Origin: Octopus bimaculoides
Taxonomy: Eukaryota
Length of the DNA: 52,581 bases
Direction: 5' to 3'
NCBI RefSeq assembly: GCF_001194135.2
Contig: NC_068994.1
Span: forward strand, 23,901,358 to 23,953,938
In this document: piece by piece, positions 25,015 to 35,620 of the stretch
Layout: every line of letters begins with the position of its first letter
How positions within the stretch are numbered: the first letter of the stretch is position 1
Translations under genes and position numbers: made by a program
The notes under the pieces: generated by a model
What the model was told of the DNA's origin: nothing
Database searches by the model: none
Seen by the model: the letters and a program-made list of their open reading frames with translations, nothing else

Positions 25015-26169
25015 AACAACAAACAAGATGAGGACAAATATCCGTCAAATGTAAATAATGCAAATAATGTAAGATATGTGGTGTATTTTAATTTTCAAAA
25101 AGTTTTCTTTAGCCACTTCGATGGAAGACATAAGTCTGATTACGGTGAGTGTCTTGATTAGGGTCTTGTTTTGCGATATCTAGAAGAAGAGTTTATGGTT
25201 ATGAAATATTTTTTTTCTTTCTCAGTGTACTTTTCAAGTTACAGTCCAAGTTGAGTTAAAGAAGAGATGTTCTATATTCATCAACAGACGTCTTATTTGC
25301 GAGTGGTGAACTTGTGTCAATCTGCGAACTTCATTTGACAGCTGAATGAAATACTTTCTAATTAAGTTACAATCGTCATCATATGATGTATGTTTAGAAA
25401 TAATTTCGAAATACTCCGAGAAAATGGAGTACACGAGAAGTTCCATATAAGAACGACTGGTTCTTTTGAGTGTACTATGATACTGTCTAAAGATAAACAG
25501 CCAATGTTTAAAGGTGCGTGAAGCCTTAACAACTTTTAGCACAATATAGAATAATTCAGATCGTAGTCCATGGTCCATAGCGATAATTGCAAATATTACA
25601 ACTGATGGAAACCAAAGAAGCTAGTCGATTTAACTGTCAGAGATAGTTGTTTACAAAATGAACAAAGCATGTCATGGAGCTTCATCCATTTTTATTGTTA
25701 TTATAGTAGCTTGAAAGTGATGCATTGTAATGTGATACTTTGAGTACTGATTTTGTACAGAATGCACCGTATTGTTTGTGCTGTTATTTTGAGGTTATTG
25801 TGTAATGGATGTGTTATGTGAATAATGTGGAAACTGTATGTGAGAACTGTACTATAAAATTGGATGTGCCTTTGGTAATATGCAAATTGAGACTATTAGA
25901 GATTGTTTTTCTCGAGTTGCACGTAAAGTTGTAAGTCCTTCTACGATTTTTATACTTTTTGTTTTGTTCATACCATTTTTTAAAACACCAACTGCTTCAA
26001 ATAATATATGTGCCGTTTATATTTTCATATCTCATTACCTGCTGATTTCTATTTTACGACTTTTATTTTCTCCTTTGATTAGAACACAGACTTCTTTAAG
26101 GGTAGCGTCTTGTTCAAAAGGGCTCAGCATGTCTTTCCGAGGACAAAAATGCTTCACAGCTGCTGCTGT

Positions 26170-26352
26170 TGTCGTTGTTATTGTTATTATTTAAGACGTC
26201 GCACAGTATCGAATACCGTGATGTTGATTGAAGATATTGTGTCTACCGGGGGTTTGTACTGTCTGTCAAGTCACAACAAGGACCTCAGACAGACTACTTT
26301 ACACAATATGTGTGCAGTTCCAAGTAATGCCGATATTTGCAATACACCTTAT
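26170..26352 (-). mobile_element. 3' end of an R4/Dong-like non-LTR element
   Basis: Minus strand encodes ISALLGTAHILCKVV, followed by a 3' UTR and an AAT/AAC-type tail. Confidence 0.7.
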
Positions 26353-27545
26353 TGAGAAAAACAAAAGAGCTATTAGAATGACCGTTAAATAAAGGGGGAA
26401 AATATATAAAGCAATAAAAATATATAAAAACATATAAAAAATATGTAAAAAACATAAAAAATATGGAGAGATAAAATGCTTGTACATGGACACAATATAA
26501 AAAGTAGGTTCTATCTTTGATCTTGGGGGGACCAAAAACGTAACAAATATTTAGCCATATGTGGACATGAACCAAAAAGTTCAGTTCTTGAATTTAGACA
26601 TGTAGCGGGTCTAAGCTGCGTTTCCAGATGAGCCATCTTTCCAAATCACAAAGACAGCACTTTCCACTGTCGTTGGTGTAAGGCTTACACTTGGCTAAGA
26701 TCTTCCAATGGATGTTGTGATTGACACCTTTTTCTTTTAAGGACCATATATAACTGGATAATTTGGTTGTTTTTCTTTATCCCAGTGTCTGAAACTCAAA
26801 GTGTGATTGTTGAACCTGGCTTTAAAATTCCCCGCTGTGAGACCCACATATTTCTTCTACGAAACAATGTCCTTAGTAGTTGAAGAGTCTACGGTGGCTT
26901 CAGAAATGATGGTCTCGGAATGCAAGCTTCATTTAGCAGGCACAAACTTTTATTCCTGCATGAACAGCTGGTTTCATTTTATTGTTTTTGTATGTTGTGT
27001 GCGATTATATTTTAAAAATAATTAGTAGTTGAGCTAAAACTGATTTTTAAGTTATGTCTATTGAAGAGCTTTCTGTAACTATGATTTATTGGAAAATGTC
27101 TATTTATAAGGGATAAAAAATGTTTACCTATATTAAAGGTCACTTCGGGGGAGTAAGGGAGTGTGAACCAGATAGTTTTCCTATTCCTATGTTTCCATTT
27201 CTTTATTATTGGACTGGTAACAGGTGTATAGGTTATTTCCTCGCTAAATCCACTATCTTTTAGAGCATTATTATATACTGGGGCAAGACTATTAAAAATG
27301 TCCCTATCGGAGGAGAGGCTAGAAATTATTTTGCTAATGTTTTTAACTAAATTTTTAAACACTATGGGAGGATGGCAGGAACCTACATAATATAACTAAG
27401 TCTAAATCTAAGGATATATCTAGGAAATTGACAACCGTCAGATTGGTATCTGTAGTTATGCTGAGACCGAAAGTTTTCATCATTTATTTAATGTCCTTCC
27501 TAAACCGATCTTGTGCTGGTCCATTGGTATTTGTGGTTAGGGGAT
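26353..27545 (-). mobile_element. 5'-truncated Penelope-like element: RT C-terminus, thumb, Cys linker and GIY-YIG endonuclease
   Basis: NGPAQDRFRK, VVNFLD, GSCHPP, IWFTLPYS, CSCRNKSLC, KYVGLTAGNFKARFNNH, LSSYIWSLK, HWKIL, CCLCDLE. Confidence 0.9.
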
Positions 27546-27572
27546 CTAAGCTGCTTTTTCAGATGAGTCATC

Positions 27573-28390
27573 TTTGTGATATGGAAAGATGGCTCATCTG
27601 GAAAAGCAGCTTAGACCCAACTACATGTTTAGAACTGAACTTTTTGGATCATGTCCACATACTTGCTACGTTTTTGTCCCCCACCCCAAGATCACAGATT
27701 GAACCTACTTTTTATATTGTGTCCACGTACAAGCATTTTATCTCTCTATATTTTATATATATATATATTTTTTACATATATTTTTATTGCTTTATATATT
27801 TTTAATATTTTTTCTGTATATCACCTTTCACCCTGCATTTTTTGTGCATGTGCTTATATAGACGTGTATATGAACACATATGTGCGCGTATGGTTATATA
27901 TACGTGTGTGTGTGTGTGTGTGTGTGCGCTTGCGTGTGTGCGGGTATGTATATGTGTACATGTGTATGGTTACATATATATGTATATAGATGTGTGTGTG
28001 GGTGTGCATGCATGTGTTTCACGCGAGTGTGAGTGAGAATATGCATATATTGCATATGCATATTTAGACGTGTATACGAATATATTTGTGAGCGTATGGT
28101 TATATATACGCGTGTGTGTATGTGTGTGTGTGCGTGTGTGGGGATATGTATATGTGTACATGTGTACGGTTGCATATATATGTGTATGTGGGTGTGCGTG
28201 CGCGCATATGTATGTATGTACATGCACGCATACGCGAATTCTATGGGCGTTTTTACTTTCTCGCCTTCGGATTTTTTCCCTTTATTTAACGGTCATTCTA
28301 ATAGCATTTTTGTTTGTCTTAATAACTGACAAGATGCCGGAGCAGATTTCCGCCCCGACATCCGAAACTCGGAGTTTAATTATGGCAACC
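27573..28390 (+). mobile_element. Inverted pseudo-LTR of the same PLE, interrupted by a microsatellite-like tandem duplication
   Basis: 27573-27810 and 28270-28325 are reverse complements of 26353-26655. 27830-28240 holds two copies of an approximately 200-bp (TG/TA)-rich unit. Confidence 0.85.
28319..28383 (+). ncRNA. Degenerate hammerhead at the end of the inverted pLTR
   Basis: TTAATAA-CTGACAA (core mutated)-GATG..CGG...CCG..CATC-C-GAA-ACTC-G-GAGT-T-TAATTA. Confidence 0.5.
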
Positions 28391-28417
28391 GAATAATTGT
28401 CACATATTATATTACAG

Positions 28418-28453
<36 letters not shown>

Positions 28454-28994
28454 GCAGAGGAAGAGAGACAGAGTGAGAATATAGTTTGTTGAAACTTACG
28501 TGACAATTTTAAAAGAAGCGCTTATATTGAGCAAGCAGTTTGCTAATTGAATAGGATAAAATGCATCTCTTATTTGTTAACATTGATTTAACTACGTAAA
28601 CATAGGATTTTTAACGATGGTAAGAGAAATAGAATCGTTCGAAATCATATTTGGATAATCTATGCTGTTTGTGATAATAAATATTTTTATTATATTGAGA
28701 TCAAGGTAGAACTGGGGTCTGTATATTAATTTTGGTTCAACAGTCGGGGTAGGGTGGAAATTTAAATTCGAATTGGTCAAGAACTAAGTTCTGATAAAAT
28801 ATTCTGTACAAGAACCTACCGTCTGGACTAATGGTGTCAATTCAGCATAATTAAAAGTGTCTTACTTAACGTAGGACTATTATACAATAAGTTTTATTAT
28901 GAACACTATATAATTCTGTAAATTCAGAGTCTACGAACAGCTTAGATGATTGGTATTTTAATCAAATATATAAAGCGGTGGACATTTTGATTAG

Positions 28995-29140
28995 AGTGGA
29001 TTGGCAGAATCAGTACAGCAGTGAATTAATTGCCTTAGTTATGCCCCTTTGCCATCTGAGTTCAAATCTCTCCGGAGCCACCCTTTCGTGGTCCTGACTT
29101 CAATAAAATAAGTAATAAGGGTCGATTAAACGTCTTTTCT
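28995..29140 (+). mobile_element. Degenerate tRNA-derived SINE
   Basis: TTGGCAGAATC...CTGAGTTCAAAT...AATAAAATAAGTA..GGGTCGATT, same family as 13288 and 41615. Confidence 0.5.
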
Positions 29141-31221
29141 ATGTGCGTGTCCTTGCACATGAGCCAGACATACAGATTTTAAGTAAAACTCTACTTAAAA
29201 CATAGTTCTTATTTTCACTTCTCTGTGGTACCTTTTTCGAAATTAAGTCTATTCTTTATTGCTGTAAAAGAAGTTCACAGCAGCAGATGATTGCAACAGA
29301 GTATCGTCTCATGCTGATAAGCGTATCGTCTCATGCTATAAATGACAGTTATGTCACCCTCAAATTGCATGTTGCTATATTTAAAAAGAAAAATGGAAAG
29401 ACATTCAATAATCTACTTGCAAAAACTCCCAATGGTAACAACTGGGTTATCTTTGATCAAAAATGTGCGACAATACTGTTAAGTAATTACAACAATTCTA
29501 AATATAATTTATGATAAAAATTAACACCCTAATCCATCCTTTAAATTTGCCTCCTAATACTGAAACTAGAAAAGAAAAATGTATTTACGATTATTTGAGT
29601 GTTTAGCAATCAAACTGAAAAGAAAGAATGAAAAGAAACAAATGAAAATATGTAAAACAAAGGAATATTCGTTATCAAAATTAGACTTTTAATACTTGTT
29701 TGAATGGTAACAGCTAGTCTTCCAAGACAACAGACAGTAATCTAGTTCAGCATGTGAAATTACTGTGTGTATGTGTGGGGGGGCGTGGGGGGGAGTCGTG
29801 TGTNNNNNNNNNNTGTGTGTATGTGTGGGGGGGCGTGGGGGGGAGTCGTGTGTGTGTGTGGGGGTCGTGTGTGTGGGTGTGTGTGTACGTTTATGTATTT
29901 ATGTGTGTACATACGCATTCATATGTATCTATATATACACGCACACACACACACGTATGTGTGTGTGTCTGTGCGTATGAACACGTATACACATACATGT
30001 ATGTTTATGCATGCAAACAAAAATATGAACACTCAACATGTTGTTTACAGTTTACATATATTTATAAGAAAACAGTTAATGATTCCTTGTTACGTTACTT
30101 AAAGATTCACGTGCACATATTTCAGATGCTTCTCCACGCACGGAAGTCGAAAATTTACATATGTATATCACCTACCAAAACAGATATTTTGCATTTATTG
30201 AAACCAACTCACTTATCCATTGGAGTTGGGGTGTGCTTGCCTATCCAGTTGTGTGGTATATTAATAATCGATTGTACCAAGCGATGGCATTCCAATCTGT
30301 ACCATTCCGTATTCGAATGGTATAGATTAGTCTCAGCAGCAATGGTTGTGGAGTGCGTTGTACACTACAACGGCAATTCTTTGGATAACAGAACAGGAGA
30401 AATTATACTGCCCTGTCCCGATTTATTTGGAAATGCATGTACCAAAGACACGATCGCCCTACGTTATGTTGTATAGAAATGGACTGAAAATCAAGGTTTA
30501 TTCAATGTTTGGATCTCTCTTCTGTCAACTCATTGAAGAAAGCTATTTATTAGATTCTATAAATATTTATATAAATTCATAGATGCCCTCTCTTATGCCA
30601 CAATTTTTGACCAGTTGAAATTCTAGTTACTGTTTGAGAAAAGAATTCTTTGTTTCATGGCTCATCAAAAAACTTATGGGCAATTGATATAATTGTCAAC
30701 ATACGTCACACACAAAGTACGCTAGTAGCACTTGGGTTAGAGGCGATTAATTTGGTTTTTATCACCAGTTCGAATTGAATAATTACTGGTTTTTATCCCG
30801 ACTACATATATAACAATTCTGAAAGGCATAATTAAAATAAAGAATACATGGTAATATTCACCATTAAATAAAAGAATCACATTCGCAATCATTAACTAGT
30901 CTTTCGAGTGGGAAAAATTTTGTCAGAAGAGAGGTCATACATCAAACTATGTAAATATTTAGATAATCTAATTAATAACTATTTTCATTGCGTTGCAGAG
31001 AGACTGAGCTATTGAATAAACCTTGATCTTGAGGCATATTTTAAACATTAAAATTTACAAAAGGAGAAAATTGTTGAAGGTAACATTATCCAAGTAACTA
31101 GGCATACTACATTTCACTTTTCCTTTTGAGAAGGCAAACGAGGCACGTTGGAATGTCCAATGATATTGTTGGTGGGTGGCCCAATTTCAGCAGAAATTAA
31201 TGCGCGCGCGCGCGCGCGCGT

Positions 31222-31259
<38 letters not shown>

Positions 31260-31303
31260 AACAAATGAAAGACAGAAGATGGAATATACGAGAATATCAT
31301 TAG

Positions 31304-31405
31304 TCACAACAATTGTTTCGACACATTTAGCATCGATTCCTCTTGTGAGATACTCAACAACTGGATCTGGAGTATCTGTTAGTGCAGACGTATCTCGTCG
31401 GGTGA
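31304..31405 (-). ncRNA. Type I hammerhead with 75-nt stem II domain
   Basis: TCAC-CCGACGA (U4 to C)-GATAC...GTGTC-GAA-ACAATTGT-T-GTGA. Confidence 0.7.
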
Positions 31406-31809
31406 TAAATAAAAAAAAAACTCGTTAAAATGACTGTTTCACAATGCAACTTTCTGTTTTGTAGAGAGAAAAACAGACAGACGGAGGAGAATTTTTCATA
31501 TATATAGAAGATCCAAAAATAAAGTTGCAGAAGCCAAAAAGAGAAACGAGCACTAAATCCAGCGAGAAAAGTATTGAAAAGAACCGTTAACAGATATGGA
31601 TGTATAAACGCCTTCGGGCAAGCAGCATGGCACGATTACACACGCTCATACAAGCATTAGCAAAAAAGTGAGCATACGTACACGCGAGGTTAGGTGCACT
31701 CATGATTACAAAGTTATTTAATAGGTGTTTAGAAGAACGGGGAGGTTAAAAGTAAACTTAAGTCATTCATACCTTAAAGTAAAATAAAATTACACTAAGT
31801 TAACGGTTA

Positions 31810-34454
31810 CTCAAAATTCATTCTCACTGCATGGTGCAAAAGTACATTTATATGCGTGTAGGCATATAAATGCTTCTATTAAGTATCTTCTCATTAGTCT
31901 ACAGAATAGACAGGGATTCCTCAGAGCAGAGACGGCATCTCCTGGAAATTACACTGTATGGTTTTACATGCCTAACTATGGACCAAGTAATGTAGTATTT
32001 CGTATTAGTCTCCTTCAGTCGCCATATAAAATCTGCCAAAGATTCTAATGTCTCTTATTGATTGACCTAAAGCTGGCAACATGATTACGATAACGATTCT
32101 TAAATGAATCAGCCGTCTGGCCAATGTAAACATAGGAACCTCCCCTTGTGTGTACGGTACATTTATATACAAAATTTGTACTCATACAGAGATCCATCAA
32201 AGGACATTTTGATTTATCTCTGCATGAGCATTTATCGTTTTTATTTGTATATAAGGCAGCCCTGATTCCATTTACCGGCGTTGTTATCGTGCTAGCTGTA
32301 CCATGAGTATTTCTACTACTAGAAATTGGTCGTAGTTGATGATTATCAATGCGGTTTACATCTCCTTGGTTGACATTTAGATGTAAATGCTTGCTAGATC
32401 CAGTAGGTGGGTTATTGAACCTTTGCTACATTTTGCTATTGTATATGCAATGCATAAGCTGCTCCAAATTAGCTGAGTTAGCGTAGGACACCTTCACGGT
32501 GTGCCGATTAAAAATAGCATGATACCGATTGGATTTAGGAAAACACTTGTCCAAAGCAGCAAAAATTTTTTCAGCGATCCTGGTTGAAACATGCAAACCG
32601 AAAATTGGGTTGAACCAAAGGACATCTTGATTCCTATATCTGTTGTTAGGTTTATTTGATTTAGTGTGTTGTACAGGATTGGAACAAGTAGATGAATTAC
32701 TATGTCACATGTGTCTATGAGTTTTCTTTGGTAGATCATTGACAAAACCAATTCTTTCTGACCTGTATTCTTTATCCGAGTGGTTTCTCAAACAGTAACG
32801 TTGTTGTGGTATCGCAGTTTTAGGAATTACCAGTGTTGCTTAAGCCTGCATCATATAGATATTGAATTTTATCATGGTACCCAGCCTTCGCTAGAGCATC
32901 ATTATAATAAGATGCATGAGATTCGAAATTTTTACTGGTAGCAGATAATATAGAAATTCTCGTAAAAATATTCTCAATTAGTCCCCGTATCATTGAGGGT
33001 GGGTGGTTGGATGCTACGTTAATATACTTAATATGATCATTCGGTTTATGAAATGATTCAAATAGTCCAGTATCAAGACAGAAGGTAGCGTCAAGAAAAT
33101 TCACTCTGCGATAATCCTTACCTATAGTAACGTTTACTCCTAAATTTTTGAAAAGTCTAAAGAAGTTTTTCCTATGCCTTTCTATATGTACTTTATTAGT
33201 TCTGTCTAGAAAACAATAAGGCGTCATTCCTATAGAGACCCCCTGTAACTGCAGGAAAGGAAGACTGGATTAATGAAAAGATATATATTCGGACTAGGTC
33301 ACTGGCCTGAGCAGAATCGTGTGAGCCCATTGCTATATCAAATGCATGTTCCCTACCTAATCTACTCCATAATGTACCATTAAAATCTACTAGAGTGGCT
33401 CGCACGGCATGAATAATATCTATTTCGCGTCGGGACAAATCGGAATTTTTCATGCTAAAATTCAGGGCTTGATTGAGAACGACTGGGTTGATAGTGGCAT
33501 AGTAGCTCTCTATATCAATTTGCAAGAATTTACTAGTCTTATTAATTTCTAGAAGCTTGAACCATCCAACCACGTCTTGGGTATCAGACAAGAGGGCTAA
33601 TCTAATTTTAAACTTAAGGACGGGGATTACCCTGTCAATGATATTTTTACTAATAATGCCTATATCGGATTTAGAAGGACAAATCAATCTATCAGTCGAT
33701 ACGAAAGTTAGGTTTATGGTCCTTCGGGGGACGTAGGGTTCTGTTCTATCATCAATAGCTAGATTTTTGACGGTTTGTAGCCCTGTACTATTGATTCTTT
33801 TTAATACGTCATTACTAACATGTTTATAGCTGCTGCGTAATTCCTTCTTTTGTAATCATGAGTGCACCTAACCTCGCGTGTGCGTATGCTCACTTTTTAG
33901 CTAATGCTTGTATGAGCGTGTGTACTCGTGCCATGCAGCTTGCCCGAAGGCGTTTATACATCCATATCTGTTAACGGTTATTTTCAATACTTTTCTCGCT
34001 AGATTTAGTGCTCGTTTCTCTTTTTGGCTTCTGCAACTTTATTTTTGGATCTTCTATATATATGAAAAATTATATAGATCAATATCAACAATGTAAATAT
34101 TACTTGTTTTGTCCGCTGGTACAAGTATCCCCGGAGCTTTCTTGAAGTCGACAAGTAATTTTCTGATTTTCTGTTGATGTATATTACACCTTCTAGGGTA
34201 CTTCCTGAACTTCACGTTCTTGACAATACTATATAATTCTTCTTCAAATCTAGTTAGGTGTTGGTTCGTCGGTGGGTTCCTTCTAGATTTGAATACTTTT
34301 CTTGGTAGGTCACCATGTTCAGAATTGTCGTTAGGTTTAAGCTCCTTATAGAAAAAGAAAGCTTTCCACTCTATTCTATGCACAAATTGGCTCGTTTTCT
34401 TCAGGGTATAGGTATGTCCTTTGGCGAAACATCCAGTGCTACTTTATCCATCAT
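31810..34454 (-). pseudogene. PLE RT plus GIY-YIG polyprotein pseudogene
   Basis: MMDKVALDVSPKDIPIP, HRIEWKAF, ADKTSN, KDHKPNF, ICPSKS, DIESYY, AMGS, LYRND, VNFLD, SNHPP, CSCRDKSKCPLMDLC, VYKC..VYIGQT, WSIV, CRLCSEE. Multiple stops and frameshifts; the end coordinate is approximate. Confidence 0.9.
33848..34071 (+). repeat. Inverted copy of the element's own 3' region inside the ORF
   Basis: About 224 bp, reverse complement of about 31490-31712, with roughly half a dozen mismatches by eye. Confidence 0.9.
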
Positions 34455-34656
34455 CTTGGTACGCTACCGTAAAGCACCTTCTTCCTAGAAATCGGAAATT
34501 GGTTGTGGTTAATGGATAATAAAACGAATGGTTTACACCTGGTAGCTTACTGGTAAAGCACAGTGACTTTCAGAGTGATCGTTAGGTAAATAACAAATGA
34601 AAGACAGAAGATGGAATATACGAGAATATCGTTATTCACAACAATTGTTTCGACAC

Positions 34657-34733
<77 letters not shown>

Positions 34734-34928
34734 NNNNNNNNNNNNNNNNNNNNNNNNNNNNNNNNNNNNNNNNNNNNNNNNNNNNNNNNNNNNNNNNNNN
34801 NNNNNNNNNNNNNNNNNNNNNNNNNNNNNNNNNNNNNNNNNNNNNNNNNNNNNNNNNNNNNNNNNNNNNNNNNNNNNNNNNNNNNNNNNNNNNNNNNNNN
34901 NNNNNNNNNNNNNNNNNNNNNNNNNNNG

Positions 34929-35401
34929 CTACCGAAAGAAACCGGAATTTGGAATATCATTTTACCCAGTTTTCCATGTTTACCCTTTTATCACCTTTTG
35001 AAGCAATGCATCGGTCCAGACACGTTTTCCACTGTTCGAAGCAGTTCTGGAATTCTTGCGAAGTGATGCCTTTTAACGTCTCCGTGGTTCTTTCCTGTCT
35101 TTTTCCACATCTGCAAAATAATGTCGTCTAATGACATTTTCATTCGGGGTAACAAAAAAAAAAAAAACAGTCGCAGGGAGCAAGATCAGCTTGCAACTGT
35201 TCTTGCAGTTCACAACACGCATTCAATCGTGACTGCTTTTGATATTCTGTGAGCAAGCAAAGTCCAAATTTTGCAGCAACTTTTTCATTCGGACATTCTC
35301 GCTCAAAATTCGTTGGTAGGATCTCCAAGACACACCAGTTATATCAACAAGTTCGTCAATTGTTTGGCAACGGTCTTCCAAGATCAGGTCATGAATTTTC
35401 G
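34929..35401 (-). mobile_element. Internally deleted mariner fragment
   Basis: KIHDLILEDRCQTIDELVDITGVSW and VAAKFGLCLLTEYQKQSRLNACCEL, fused directly to DLAPCD and a C-terminal FQNCFEQWKTCLDRCIASKG. Confidence 0.85.
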
Positions 35402-35449
35402 TAATGTATATTACGTATTTGTATATTACTCACTGGAGAAGTGAAAACA

Positions 35450-35620
35450 TTTTATAATTGTCATGAGCAAAACACAAGTTTAGAGTGATTTCCATGCTTT
35501 AGGAATGGTCACTTGTCGCTTGAAGACCAACCTCGTTCAAGACGACCGTCGACCTCCCAAACGAATGAAAATATCATGAAAATTCATGAACTGATCTTGG
35601 ATGACCGTCACCGAGCACCA
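35450..35620 (+). mobile_element. Mariner transposase N-terminal fragment, opposite orientation
   Basis: MSKTQV..FRNGHLSLEDQPRSRRPSTSQTNENIMKIHELILDDRHRA. Confidence 0.8.

Larger units (their letters stand above)
24341..25070. mobile_element. Palindromic head-to-head tRNA-head/(AAT)n/hammerhead-tail retro-insertion with 12-bp TSD
   Basis: TSD AAGATATGTGGT at 24329-24340 and 25071-25082. Arms are inverted copies centred at about 24660. Confidence 0.85.
31254..34658 (-). mobile_element. Near full-length Penelope-like element with C-terminal GIY-YIG and direct pLTR repeats
   Basis: Direct repeat GTAAATAACAAATGAAAGACAGAAGATGG...TTTCGACACAT at 31254-31326 and 34586-34658 brackets a decayed single ORF. 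Confidence 0.93.

Noticed and set aside
25234-25578. 114-aa minus-strand ORF and coding-like composition
   Set aside because: No motif could be identified on either strand; possibly an old TE, but unsupported.
29764-29852. G-rich direct repeat, possible G-quadruplex array
   Set aside because: The two identical copies flank a 10-N gap, so this is probably an unmerged contig overlap.
30200-30480. Non-repetitive 3' part of the 240-aa ORF as a host exon
   Set aside because: No recognisable domain in any frame and no convincing splice sites.
31202-31255. (GC)n-(TG)n Z-DNA-prone tract at the PLE end
   Set aside because: Similar tracts occur at about 4925, 48890 and 51675, so it is ordinary for this genome.
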